Source: Trichoplax adhaerens
Lineage: Eukaryota; Animalia; Placozoa
Assembly (NCBI RefSeq): GCF_000150275.1
Contig: NW_002060945.1
Location: forward strand, 1,740,199 to 1,804,198
Length of the DNA stretch: 64,000 bases
Direction of reading: 5' to 3'
This document shows, piece by piece, positions 1 through 14,590 of the stretch. Below the pieces are notes generated by a model. It had not been told where the DNA came from. It made no database searches and saw nothing but the letters and a program-made list of their open reading frames with translations. Both the position numbers and the translations under genes were made by a program. The number at the start of each line of letters is the position of its first letter. The stretch's first letter is position 1.

Positions 1-3000
1 AAGCGATTATCTGTCGAAAGGATCTATCAAAAGAAATCGCAATTGGAACACATACTCCTTAGACCCGATACCTATATCGGATCAGTTGAGCATATCACGC
101 AAACTATGTGGGTTATCGAGGATGGCAAGATGATGAATAAGAGCATTACTTATCCTCCTGGCTTGTATAAAATCTTTGATGAAATTTTAGGTGTGCTACT
201 CACTAATGCAAACTGTATCATACCTTTGATAGAATACGTACAATATTATTACAATGAATCAATGATTATTAAAATACTTTTCAAGCTTGCTCTTTTGTCC
301 TAAATGCAACGTCTAAATTATTATTTCTTTCATTTTGTATACTAGTTAATGCCGCGGATAATAAGCAACGAGATCCAAGGATGGATACCATCAAAATTAC
401 AATTGACCCGTAAGGATTTTACATTCGGAATAGTTGTCATTAATATTTCACAAGGAATACGTGAATTGTATCTATAAAATTTCTATCGATTTCCTGTACT
501 AACTTATGTAAACATAAATTTTTGCTTCACAGCGAAAACAACTTGCTTAAAATTTGGAATAATGGGCGCGGTATTCCAGTAGAAATACACCGTGAAGAAA
601 ATGTCTATGTACCGACCTTAATATTTGGTCACTTATTAACATCGAGTAATTATAACGATGATGAGCGCAAAGTTACCGGCGGCAGAAATGGATACGGTGC
701 TAAACTTTGCAATATATTCAGCACAGAATTTAAAGTGGAAACTTATTCTGCTGACTCTGGTAAACAATTCTCACAGGTAATGAATTTATTAGTTTCGATT
801 CAAGTTATGAATCGATTCTTATATGTATTTATCTACTTGGCTAATACAGCATTCACATCGTTATATTTAGACTTGGAATAACAATATGTCTAAGGCACGA
901 GAACCTAAGATTACCGCAATTGAAAAATCCAAGCAAGAATTTACGTGTATTACTTTTAAACCAGATTTACAAAAATTTGGTTTAACACATCTGACTTCCG
1001 ATATTGTTTCGCTAATGACTCGCCGAGCTTACGATATAGCTGCAGCAGCTAGAGGTGTTAAAGTTTATTTGAATGGTGATCGAATACCTGTAAGTATTGC
1101 AGTTATGTATTTGTTCTCCTGCTAATGATTGCCGTTATACATAAATAGATGATTTCTACTACATTTTGATGAAGTAATAAAACTCATGTTGGGAACTAAA
1201 ATATAACATTTGCCATCTTAAAGATAAAAACGTTTAAGGATTATGTGGAACTGTTTCTGGCAAATGAAGAAAAGGATGATGGAGAAGAAGACAAGGAAAA
1301 ACGTAAAATCACTCACGAAATTGTTAATGGTCGGTGGGAAGTTTGCTTGACAGCTAGTGATAGAGGCTTTCAGCAAGCAAGCTTCGTCAATAGCATAGCT
1401 ACTACGAAGGTAAAATTAATAATATTAATGCTGATATTATCTCGTGTATAGAAGTATAAAGGAATTATAAGAAAGTTGACGCTAAATTATCTAGATCAGT
1501 CAACGTGATTCTTGCTTATCACAATAGGGTGGTACTCATGTCAATCATGTCGTGGATCAGTTAGTTGAAAAGTTGATGGGCGCAGTTAAAAAGAAGAACA
1601 AAGGTGGAATCGATGTAAAGCCTTATCAAATTAAAAATCATATGTGGGTCTTTATCAATTGCTTGATCGAAAATCCATCGTTTGACTCTCAAACAAAAGA
1701 AAATATGACACTTCGTGCTAAATCTTTCGGATCGTCCTGTAATTTGAGCGAAAAATTTATTAAAGGAGTAAGCTTAATTTGGTATAGTTTATGGCCAAAT
1801 CTAGTGTATATATATGCATACACAACGTAACTTTTGCTTAAGGACGATACTATTTATTCGCTAGGCTTTGGGATGCGGTGTTGTCGAAAGAATATTGAAT
1901 TGGGTTAGGTTTAAAACTCAGGTAAAATTTAGTATTTAAAATATCTAAATCATGATTATGTTAGCGTGCTTACGAAATAATTCTTAACATTTCATTTCTT
2001 GGTTATAGGCACAACTATCAAAGAAGTGTTCGGCATCCAAACACTCTAAGCTTAAAGGCATTCCCAAACTCGATGATGCTAACGATGCAGGAACTAGAAA
2101 TTCCAGTGATTGCACCTTAATTTTAACGGAAGGTGATTCAGCAAAAGCACTAGCTGTTTCAGGATTATCCGTAGTTGGTCGTGATAAATATGGTGTGTTT
2201 CCTTTACGTGGGAAATTATTAAACACTCGTGAAGCGTCTTCTAAGCAGGTGAGTGTCATATTTGTTTTATAATCGGGCAAGTCGTTGGATTGCTTTACAT
2301 TTCCTAAAAATAGATGTTACACTGTTTTGATATAAGTTCCTTTCTAATCATGTTACCTCATATAGGTTATGGAAAATGCTGAAATTAACAACATTATCAA
2401 AATTTTGGGTCTTCATTATAACAAGAAGTACAATGATGACGTCAGCTTGAAATCATTGCGTTATGGCAATTTGATGATAATGGCTGATCAAGATCAAGAT
2501 GGTTCTCATATAAAAGGACTCTTAATCAATTTTATACATCATAATTGGCCTTCACTTTTACAACAACCCTTTTTGAAGGAATTTATAACCCCTATTGTGA
2601 AAGTAACTAAGGGTAAAAACGAAATAGCCTTTTATAGTATACCTGAATTTGAAGAATGGAAACAAAATACTGCTAGCTATAAATCATGGAAAGTAAAGTA
2701 TTACAAAGGTCTCGGAACCAGTACACCAAAGGAAGCCAAAGAATATTTCGCAGATATGTCTAGACATCGCGTTGCATTCAGATATGATGGCAACGACGAC
2801 GATACTGCTATACAACTTGTAAGATAATTCTACATTCGTAATTATCTCAGGATTTATGAAATATTTATTGCAATAATTTTAATTATTACGAGCAGTCTAT
2901 TCTCTCGGTGTAATTGAAGATGACATCTTACTATGTCAGATTGCTAATTAAATGAAATTAAATTACTATTGTCTAGGCATTTAGTAAGAAGATGATTAGT

Positions 3001-6000
3001 GAAAGGAAAGAATGGCTCAACAAAAGTATGGAAGACAAAAAGAATCGAAAGTTGAATAATAAGCCTGAGGTTAGGAAGTAATAATTAGAAATTATATAAT
3101 TTGCATATTTCTTAAACGATCTAAAAATTATTCCAATTCTTTCCAAATTATGCACATTCTAGCCTTATCTATATGGTAAAGAAGTATCCGATATCAGCTA
3201 TAGTGATTTTGTTAACAAAGAACTGATTCATTTCTCCAATGCTGATAACATACGTTCAATCCCTTCTTTGATGGATGGTAAGTATCACAGCTATTACATT
3301 GATAGGGCGAGGATATATAAATATGATTAATTTTTAATATATTTTGATGATATAGGCTTGAAGCCAGGTCAGCGGAAAGTATTATTTACTTGCTTTAAAC
3401 GCAATGATAAGAAAGATATCAAAGTAGCTCAGTTAGCCGGTTCAGTAGCAGAAATGTCAGCTTATCATCATGGCGAGGTGATTATATGCTTGTTCATTTA
3501 GTGGGTATTACAATGTTCTATATCTAATTAGGAGTTTTGCTTACCTACTGTACAATTAGGCAAGTTTGATGGGAACTATAATTAATTTGGCTCAAAATTT
3601 TGTGGGAAGTAATAACATCAATTTATTACAACCTATTGGTCAATTTGGAACGAGACTTCATGGTGGTAAAGATAGCGCTAGCGCTAGATACATATTCACT
3701 ATGTTGAGTCCCGTGGCTAGGTATATGTTCGATCAAAAGGATGAACCGTTATTAGAATATCAGTTTGAAGATAATCTGCGGATTGAACCTGATTGGTATG
3801 CTCCTTTAATCCCTGTGGTATTGGTAAATGGAGCAGAAGGTATTGGAACAGGTTACAGCACACGTATACCGAATTATAATCCGAGAGAAATCGTTGATAA
3901 TTTGAAGCGCTTACTAGCTGGAGAGGAGCCGATAGAGATGGTATGTATTTTGCAATTATATATAGTTTATACATCTAGCTATAGCTCGTCGGTAAATTAT
4001 TTTAATCTAATTTATGCCTGTTTAGCATCCATGGTATAAAAATTTTAAAGGTGAAATCAAACAAGTTGAAGAGAATAAATACCAGATTGATGGTGTTATT
4101 AAGAAAATAAATGAAACCACCCTTGAAATTGTCGAACTTCCAATTCGTACGTGGACACAAGCTTACAAAGAAGGCGTTTTGGAACCTATGTTGCATGGTG
4201 GTGAGAAAACGCCAAGTTTTATAAGGTACGAGCAGTTAGTTTTGGTAGCATTCAATTGCCATACTGTTAGTGCTACAGCAGCATTTGAATATATGGTATA
4301 AGTTGACTTGCTCTTAAGCAAATAGATCAGAAGTAAAGCAACATGATTGTGAGAATTATAAGTAGTATCTCTAACTTAGAAAGTCTTTTCTTAGCAACTA
4401 CAAAGAATATCACACGGATACCACTGTTAGATTTATTGTCACTCTAACTGAAGCTAATATGGAAGCTGCTGAAAAAATTGGGCTATTAAAGAAATTTAAG
4501 CTAGAAGGCAGTTTCAGCACGAATAGTATGGTAAGAATGTAGCTTTCTAGACTCATGCTTTAGAGAGTTATAAATCGACGTAATCCTCTTTGTATAGGTC
4601 CTGTTTGATGCTCATGGTTGTCTACGAAGATACGGAAATGCTCAAGAAATTTTGAAGGAATTTTATGAAACAAAGTTGGAATTTTATGTGAAACGTAAAG
4701 AATGGTTAGAAGGACTTTTGGAAGCTGAATCTAGAAAATTAAGCAATCAAGCACGATTTATTTTGGAAAAGATTGATGGAAAACTTGCTATAGGTAAAAC
4801 TGTGAATAGGTGGTACAATTTAGTGAGTTCAATGACTTATTTATCATTAATTAACCGCGACATTATTTTACTCTAGAAAATAAGAGTAAACGCGACCTGA
4901 TCGCAATGCTGAAATCAGCAAATTTTGATTCTGATCCTGTTAAAAGCTGGCAAAATAAGCAGAAATCCGTCGTTGGTAATGATTTTTTAATCTCAACTTG
5001 TTTATTGCTAAATCAGCAAGGATCTTAGTTTTACTACTTGATAATTATATTAGAAAGTGAAGAAAGCGATGCATCTGAGCAAGAAACGGACGAAGGCCCA
5101 GATTTTAATTATATATTAAATATGAACATGTGGAGTTTAACTAAAGAAAGAAAAGATGAACTCATTGCCAACAAGAACAAAAAGGTAACTTGCAAATACG
5201 CCCGTAATATTCTTTAAATATTATAATATCTGTAATGTTTTAATTGCACAATTGTAAACTGAATTTGATATCATTAAAATGTGCTTAGATTGCTGAGTAT
5301 CAAACATTAAAGGAGAAAACTCCTAAAATGCTATGGCTTGAAGATATTGAAGTTTTCCTCGAAGAGCTGGAAGTGAGTTACATTAATTGATGATTTCTCT
5401 TATTATATGAATAGTTCTTCTGCCACATAGTGATGAATCTTCCCAAAAGTATAGTAGATATCAAATATACCAATATGAAATAAAACATTAAATAGGCACT
5501 TTTATAAGCCTTAACTTTAGGCAGTAAAAATTATCCGTAAAGTAAATTTAGGCATAGTAACTGCAGTTAAATTTGGGGATTAAATACTAATTTTACTTTA
5601 CTCGTACCATGTCCGCCTTCTGTAACTCGAAATTTGTTCGATGGAATTCTAATTGTACTATATAATCATGGTATAACATAGCCGACTGACGTCTATGCTG
5701 AGTGTAAACTGCTATGCTAGACTTGTGCGACGAAGGTAGAAAATTGCAATTACCCTGTAGTAAGCTTGTACTTTTATATTTGTTTCTCTAATAATTTCAT
5801 GAATACAGCTACTAACAAGCGAACGTGTGATAAACTCAGTGAGCCGTAGTTAGCGGGGCTTGATGTCTGAATAAGATATAAATTACATTTGAAAAACTGC
5901 AGCGTTTTTAAGGCGAAACAATACCACATCACAAAATTGCCAATTCGGTATACGTGCATTAAAATATAAACTAGACCCACAAACCCCACGTTTCCTTATA

Positions 6001-8040
6001 GTTAACTAATTGAAAAACATCATGCCAAATTGATATCATTTGATGATCTCACATTATTCGTTGATTGAAAATATCACATGACAGATTTCCAGTACCAGAC
6101 CTTCTGCGATACAGTAATGTACTTACTAGTCCGGTACTGTACGGTGCACGTGTGCTCACAGTACATTGCTAACTGTAGTCACATTTCAATATCTCAAAAC
6201 ATTTATTTTAGTGCACAGGGTGTGGTATATAAATAATGTAATTAAAGAATAAGAAATTACATGCTACTCACTACTAACTGCCAAACCTTACCTGTAGACT
6301 TGAGTCATTGCACAGCCTGATGCTTTATATTATTAATTCTACAGTATTACTACTCGTATTTTAGTTACTTTCCTTCTTTCCTAATATTCCAGGAACAATT
6401 TTTTGAAAATTAAATTCTGACGTTTAAATTTCTTTCCTGCATCAGAAAATTGAGCAAAAGGAGCGAGAGGAGGAATTACTTTGCAAAGGTATTACGCCAA
6501 AAATGGGAAAGAAGACTAAAGGCCGCGTAACAAAGAAAGGCAAACAAGAACAAGCACGTAAAGATCAGCCCGTGATAAAGAAGCAAAAGGCAACAAAAGT
6601 GTCCCCATCTGATATAAAAGATGTAATTGACGACTTCGACAACATTGGCGAGGAAGATCAGTATATGATGTCGTTGGCCGATAGAATGAAATTAAAGAAA
6701 GCGAAAGCTCCTAAGCCGAAAAATAATCTTATAGAAGATGATAATTTTAGCTTGGGCAGTATCAGCGACAACGGCAGTGATGACAGCGATATTGGCGACA
6801 TTGGTAATATTGTCAGTGGGCCTGCTCGTCGTACTCAGCGCGTTGCTACCAAAAAGGCCTATCGTTTCTCATCGGATGAGGAAGAAGATGATTACGGTGA
6901 AAGTAATAAACTCGATGACGATGACGCATTCACAATATCAGATGATGAGGACATTAGTTTTGCCATAGGTAATAAACGTGGAAAAAGTGCAAATATCAGT
7001 GCTCCGGCTAAAAACAAATTGACTGCACGCAAACAAGCACCTCCGGTTGAGCACGTTGAGGCTGCTAATAGGTCAGAACAACCACTTACTGAATCTGCTC
7101 CTATCTCAGATATGAATACAGCTTCAAAGTTACCTAATAGGAGAAGTTTAGATGATATTGACAAATCTGATGATGATAAGCCAGCTAAGAAAGCTAAAGT
7201 TACAGCTACTAAAAAAGCTACAAAGGCTGTAAAGAAAACCAATCCTGGTGGCCAACGAAAGCCACGTGTAACTAAACCTAAAGGAATTTCTGTCGGTAAG
7301 AAAGCTCAGGCATCGAAAAAGAAAGTGCAAGTAATCGATAGTGATAGCAATGATGATGATTTCATGCTACCACCTGTACGTGAAACAAACTCGAGCAAAG
7401 ATAGCTCCAGCTCGGCAGCAAATAACACTAAGAAATTCGTGTCACTATCACCTCGGAAACAAATCAGTAATAATCAAAAAGTAAGCACTACAAGCTAATC
7501 TTATTTTCCTTATACTTATGTTTAATAGCATTTGGCTAGTGTTGTTGAATGGAAGTTAGGTATATATGAAGATGTTTATAACTGTTAATTTGCTATGCCA
7601 CGATTTTTATTTTGTGCCGTTAGAATCTTTAATTCTTTCGTTTATTGTAGTATGCTATCTTAGAATAGTACTCGTCTTGATTACTTGATGCCATCATCAA
7701 ATTGAAATAAGTTTTATTGGTGCAGGTAACACATTGTTAAAATTTGAATATTTATACATAATTGTAGGCAGCGGCTACCAGCAAGAAACTAACTGCGACA
7801 GCAGCTGTTAATTTCAATGAAACTAAAGGCCCGAAAAAGAAAGTTAATACGAAGGCCCCAAAATCACGGAAAGTCATTATATCTAGCGATGAAGATGAAG
7901 TAGAAATAGTTACTGCAGCTAGACCTCGTAGAACAGCAACGAAAGCTAGCTACAAGTTTGAAGATGAAGGGAGTGAAGATGATATAGCCGCTATTGATTC
8001 AGATAATAGTTGGACGGGAAGTGAGGATAATGAGGATTAG
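1..8040 (+). CDS. TOP2: DNA topoisomerase II (type IIA), 21 exons in window, N-terminus upstream of window
   Basis: Spliced translation gives YQKKSQLEHILLRPDTYIGS, GHKL motif GGRNGYGAKL, TOPRIM motifs TEGDSA, PLRGK and DQDQDGSHIKGLL, catalytic-Tyr motif KDSASARYIF, and a Lys/acidic C-terminal region (exon 6446-7480). Last exon 7768-8040 ends in TAG. All 20 introns are GT-AG; one is unusually long (5373-6445). Confidence 0.98.
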
Positions 8041-8481
8041 TTATATTTAGGCAAACATTGTTTATTTCTCTTCATGCCACAGCGACAATTTGTTGCTAAA
8101 CGAAGCTTTAGATTAATTTAAAACAGTGTTTTGCAAAGTAAGATACTTCGTTACGTGTACAGGTTATGAAGACAATTCTACGATTATATAAGCGCTATAG
8201 TGGCTTGACCAGTTCCTATTGTAAATAACTATCTGTGAAGTTTGCCAACTCTAATTATATTTTCAACTATTTTCGTGCAGTTTAATAATTGTACTAACTA
8301 CTGTATTTGTGATGCTGGTACCTTGACTGCCAAATAAACTGAATTCAATACCGAAAGGATCTTATTTTTTTTTAAATTAAACTTGATGAGATTTGATACT
8401 GTAATAGCGCAGTTAAAGCAATTATCGAATTTACTGTTAGTAATGATATCGATAATTGATAATCTTACTACATTAGCATGC

Positions 8482-8543
8482 ATATATGTTGTCTGATCCA
8501 ACCAAGCTTGCATGCTTATTCGGTTGGATCAGGCAACATATAT
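8482..8543. mobile_element. Miniature inverted-repeat element or hairpin with 22-bp arms
   Basis: 8482-8503 atatatgttgtctgatccaacc and 8522-8543 ggttggatcaggcaacatatat are reverse complements with one mismatch. The core TGTTG...CAACA is flanked by TATA on both sides. Confidence 0.6.
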
Positions 8544-9039
8544 AAATAAGTAATTTATTCCTGAAGTATGCAATCACGATGCTTTGTAGTTTACACTTTG
8601 TAATCGATTGTCTAGTTAAGTGCAAACCAATCTGGTAATGTCATGCTCATTATTAATTTAATTTACAGTTAACCCTTATAGATGTTATGCAGTAGATAAT
8701 TATTTAATTTAATTTAATTCATAATTTCATATTTTGGTTACTAGTTCTTTATAGTACCTATAAGCAGAGAATTTAGAAATTACAACTGTAGAATAAACAC
8801 TATGCCATTCCTTTTCCGTCAGTCAACGACTAACATGCAAATAAATAATTTCGTTTGAGGTTATTTTATTGACTTAATAAATGAAAACAAGAGTTGATTA
8901 CAATTACTGTAGATCTAATATTACTACGATTCAGGTCACAGATGTAATCATGATGATAAATTCTAGTCTTGCCATCAATATGTTGCATTACCATAACAAT
9001 TACTTCATTTGGAGTATTTCATCAGCTATTCATCTACTT

Positions 9040-12000
9040 CTACAAGTATATATGTTCTGGCTAAGCGAATAAAAGGATCAAACTTTAGTCCCATTACTAA
9101 TGATTAATGCATTTTTGCCAATTTTATAGCTTTAAAGGTAATTAATAATATTACGGTCATAAATTAAAATGTACCTCTTCATGTTCTTTATCCATTCGCT
9201 GCCATGGAAATCGTCTTCCGTACCGAAAGTACATCCAGGTTGCGATGGTGATAATTAGTCCCATCGCTAGGATTATAGAACAGACTGTAATTATAACTAC
9301 AACCGTTGTAGCAGGATGATCGGTTCTGGTCCCATTTCGGTATTCTAAAATAGTGAAGGATAAATATAGTAGTCGATAAGTAGGAAATAGATTTGCTATT
9401 TATACGAGTATCTTACCAAGTAGACTTACCGTTTGTAATTGCGGTTGTAGTGAAATTTCGGTCAGTTATGAGGGTCAAGGAAAACCAAGATCGAGCTATC
9501 ATCCTCTCATTATGCCTAGCCGTTACGACAACCGAGTTGATATGTAAATTAGTTATCCAAACTAATCGTATTAATGTTGTGATTAGCAGCTAAAATGCTC
9601 TCATTATAATTATTAATAAACATTGAAAGAGATTACTTACGATACAAATAATGTTATTACTGTCGACCCTAGCCGTTGATCTACTTGATCATTAGCATAA
9701 AGCCTTAAATCATTGCCACGAATCTGTTGGCATGATAAAAACCAACTGCCGTTTATTTGCTGACCATAAGATAAATACATCTTCGATGATAGCCCATCAA
9801 TTCGTATCTTACAATATTCTATCCAAGCGGCATCAGTCCCGATGAAATGTATATGGAGTGGAACATCACTGCCAACAGCTACATGTATGTCATTGGATTC
9901 GATTTGGAATTTATTTGGATCAACTGTAATCAAAGAGCACATTTGACAAATAGATCGATGACTTTGCAGCAATGGATGCAAACTATAAGCAAAGGTGCAT
10001 TGATAGAAAGCAGCGCTCAAATCAGTTACTTTCACCATAGCTGATGATAAACCTCCATAACCAAAATCGCAATACGAGAATAAACTTTGAAATTTGCTAT
10101 GGATGGATAATTGCTGCCAATCCCCAGGATGTGCACGACGGCCTAAGAAAGAAGTAAAGCGAATTCGATGACGCCTTGTACCGTTAGCGATGATTTTACC
10201 GTCGATTCTCATTGCAGTTGTTGGATAGAAATAAATTGTTGCCCCATCTAAAATATGAAGAACAGCCTTAGCATGAAGTCGAATAGATCGATAGATTAAA
10301 TGAGGTCTAGTTGAATTCCAAGTTTCATCTTGATCAATATCTCTATCATGAATATGAAATTCTGGCGTGATTGGCATTAACTGTTTATCCATAGCATATG
10401 GATAAAAATCGACAACATAACCACAACGACGCTGTTGAAAATCATTAATTCGTTCGCTAATTCCAATAATATTGTGACTACCCCAATAAGAAAAGCGAGC
10501 ATCAATAAAATCATGATAAGGAAGGCTTGATTCATCAGCAAATTCGTAGCGATTATGATAGTTTAATAATATGTTGTTACGGTAGGAACTTTGGCCTTCT
10601 TGATTACAAATAGTTACGCCAAGGCAAGACTTGTTGGCAACGTTTTGATCCTTAGTAACGCTTATTGCCATATTTCCCATGAATTGATTGTTATTAAATT
10701 GACTTCCATTCCATTTGCCAACTCCTTGACAGTTAACAGACATGATTGGAGCTCCTTGTGCGATATTGTGTATGATATAATTAAAATTGAATGCAACCCT
10801 TATTCCTTTAGCTAGAAAAATATCAATAACGGGATGATTGAATATATAATTATGGGATAACGTATTATTAATTACGAAAATATCTGGTCGTTGGGGCTGT
10901 ATTGCTTCTTTCTGCAGCGTTAACATCCGATTTTGGCTAATATTGAAGGCTAATGTAGCTTGATTTCCTATCTGATTGCCTAGAATATTATTACGTATCC
11001 ATACTTGACTGTATTGGAATTCATTTCTGCCCGATATATGAATTCCTCCTTGATTCCATCGTAATAAGCAATCGTCAATATAACTTGTTCCAATTGGATT
11101 CTGTATTTGAATGCCATAGCCATGATTCTTTTCGATTAAGCTATGCGAAATATTTAATTTTGCTTTTCGAAGCAATAAGGCATTGCCTTGAGCACCATGC
11201 AATTGACAGTATGTAAATTCGACATAATTTTTAACGATATCGATCATGTTATTACTCCCTCGAAGAAAAGAAACATAGCGAAAGAATCCATTCTGTAATA
11301 CAAGCTGCCAATGGAAATGATCATGATTGTCATTTAATTTGTTTTTATAGCCTTGATTAATATTGGGCATGAAAACAATCCTTGTGTTATTATCGCCTTG
11401 TGCTTGAATGGAACCGTAAACTATCATTTTAGATTGATGATTAAATCTTACTTGGCAACCTGGTGCTATGGTTAACTGGCCAGGATACCAGACTGCAAGG
11501 TTAATTCCTGACGGAATAACATGATACTTATTCTTTAACCATCGTTCATGATTGACAATTGCATCAAAGTGATATATAACTGTAGAAGATGAAGTTGTTG
11601 CTGTTGCACTATCTGTAGCGTTGTTCAATCGAAATTGGCGAAATAAGATGGGAGGCAATTGATTATCATCGTTGAAATCATGAATTCGCTTAGCGATTTC
11701 AAGTATATCACGGCTACCCCAGTAGCAATATCTTGCATCGATATAACCTTTATCAATATGATCAATGCTTCCAACTGGATTATAATGATGATTAAATGTG
11801 ATTAGTTCAAAGCTTCCATAAAAATTATTAAATATATTATTAGTTGCATTGATTACATTTTGCTGGACAAAGATGGCGGTAATAATGTCTGCAGTGTTGT
11901 AAACTATAGTATTGCGTTGAAAATATTGAATATGACTGCCAAGGTAAAGCATCCAAGATTTCTTTCCATTAACGATATTATGAGAAATGTTATTATCAGT

Positions 12001-14590
12001 AAATGAACTTGTACGGCTAAAACTAGCTGAGAGAAGATGATGAGGGAAAGAGATGTTATGATTTATAATAACATTATTACTAATTGTTCCTTGATCTGCG
12101 ATAACTTCTATAGCTCCCATAGTGTTGCTATTAAATATATTTCGTTCAAGATGAATGTTAGCCTTTATATCGAGGCTCTTCATTCCGTAGCCACCATTAT
12201 TTGCGATGCGACAATCTACTACTGCAATATTACTATTGGAACGAAGATATAGCCCATGGTTGCGGCTATTAATTATTTTAGATGAGTGGATAGTCATATT
12301 TGCTCCATGAAGAGCAATACCATTACCAAAACTATCTGTGATTGCCACATTGTTAATAATCAATTTGCTTCCTCTAGCTGTAATTGCTGCAGCATTTTCG
12401 GGAGTTTTACTTCCACCAGCATGATATAAATCTAAGTAGCTTAGCTGAGTTATTAGTGGTATGGTATTATGTATTATTATTCCTTGCCATTGCTTGCCAT
12501 TAGTTCCAATAGCTACTCGTTGAAGTTGAGAACCTTGTATTATCAAACGACCATGGACAGTAATACTAATTCCTTCGGCACTAACTATCCTAGTTCCTTC
12601 TTCGATAGTTAGAATTCCTTTAGTACCAATAGTCATCGAAGACGTAATAAAATAGGGGCCTTTCTCGGCGCGCCATTTCACTTCATGATTGATTTTGGCA
12701 TCGTCTTGATCAATTATACTGCCTATCATGACATCAATTAAAAAATTAATTTAACGAGGCTAATATAGCTCCGAAAATAATCTTATTGTTTATTGCTCGC
12801 TAAGCATCTTGTCCTTTACCTGACGTAGGTACAATGCAATAAAGCGGTAGATCGGTCACCTGTAGGTAGTAAACGTAATAACCAGGGCGACATTGCTGAA
12901 TTATAATCTTGGTTTGATCATGTATGCATAGGTCCTGCTTATATAAGTAACTGTTTGTACTTCCTGTATAAATTTGCAGAATATGGTGTAATTTCAGTAA
13001 TATAAAGATGGTGCTAGATCCAGTTCTATTTTTATACGACCGATATGTGAAGATAATTTCAAGGAATGACAGTAAAATTCCTCACGTGGTAGAAATTACA
13101 TTTACTTTTATATGAAAGCTATTATGTTTTCAGTTGAAGCAATATATAATAATTTCCTGCTAATCGTCCATCCTCATATAAGAATCTAATATTATTGCAG
13201 ACTAAAATTGAGGTTATAGGAATAAGTACCGGATATTTGAAGTATTTTTATATTGCTGTAGTAATGAACAATACTAACTATCGGTGAAATATTAGAATTT
13301 GGAACGCGAGAATTTCATGTAAACTATATAGAGCTTGATGTTGCTCGACCTAAGCTGAGGTTAGAAGAAGAACTGGAAATTGTACATTAAAAATTTCTTA
13401 CAAGTAACGCCTTGAATGTAATAGTAGCAGTAATGTCAAGTATACTGTAATAACAATTTCGATGCACTTATTTGGAATTACCGCAGAAGTAAATATCTCA
13501 CGGAAGATGTCAGAAGATTGACTGATTGACCTAAATAAAGTCTAGATACCCATGTCAGGGAATACTAAGAAGAAAAGAGACTTCTTATGAGCTAGAGGGC
13601 AGTTTTTTTTTACAATTATCGTAGTAGGTCTAATTTTGACCTGCCAATTCTAAAAGCTTCATAACTTGTAGATCACGATTTGCAGAGTATACAGACTTCA
13701 TTAGATTAATTGATCAACATAACCCTAGAAGACCGTTCGCAATGTACAGTATTTGTTGAAAATAGTATACAGAATGATGCTTTAATGTCCCTCCTTACAA
13801 GTATCTATCCTCTACACTCAGAGCCAATATTAAACTTTGTTTTAGTACGGCTACATTAAAATTAAAAGTTTGATCATACTTTACAGCTACGTGTAGTGCC
13901 CCGGCTTCCTGCTCAATATCTTGTACTTACCGTTATAAGGTATTTTATCCTCTATCCATCGCCATTGATCCATCCCACAAATCGGAGCACCAATTCGATT
14001 TGAACAAGAGCTCTTAATCTTACCATCATAAGTGCCAACATCAGTTCGAATTCGAAATCGAAACCAACCGTGATTAGTATGATATTGGTTTCGGCCATAT
14101 CCAATTCCTAGCTTAGCCGACGAGTTACGTTCATTTTCATGAGAGAAATCATATATAGAGTATCGATGGCATCCGTTTAATAATTCTGTAATCAAATTAT
14201 AAAATCGATCAAATATCGAGTCACACGGTATGTATTTCCTGAAATCTTTTCTACTTTAATTAAGTTTGCATTCAGGATTGTAAGGTGAGTATTTAGCGAG
14301 ACCACATTAAATTGGATATTTTAGAATACAAATGATTCCTCAGCTATTACAGCTCCTCATATTTTACGATGTTAACATGACAAAGCACGTGCATTTGTTG
14401 GCTGAGTTCCCTGCACTCATTTATGTGTAATTATGAATCTGTACAAGCTTATAGTTCAGTTCTTATACAAACAGGAAAAGAATAGTTATAAAGTATTGGA
14501 GTACTAGTTAGGTATATAGCATCATTATTTACCTGCTTCAACTCCTAAGAATAGGATTGCAAAAAATAGTCGAGAAATTTTACCTCCCAT
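9040..14590 (-). CDS. Type I membrane protein: signal peptide, D8C-like domain, three parallel beta-helix modules (Bark/Anakonda-like), TM; ~1271 aa, 7 exons
   Basis: Phase-consistent exons 14590-14533 (MGGKISRLFFAILFLGVEA), 14185-13931, 12963-12820, 12722-9641 (the 1030-aa ORF), 9515-9430, 9344-9175 (TM VVVIITVCSIILAMGLIITIATWMYF) and 9060-9040 (PEHIYL*). Asn-rich beta-helix repeats; IDARYCYWG and IDARFSYWG motifs. The last two acceptors are less certain. Confidence 0.85.

Noticed and set aside
6738-7330. Alternative-frame and antisense hydrophobic ORFs in the TOP2 C-terminal exon
   Set aside because: Shadows of Lys/Asp-rich codon bias in the real exon.
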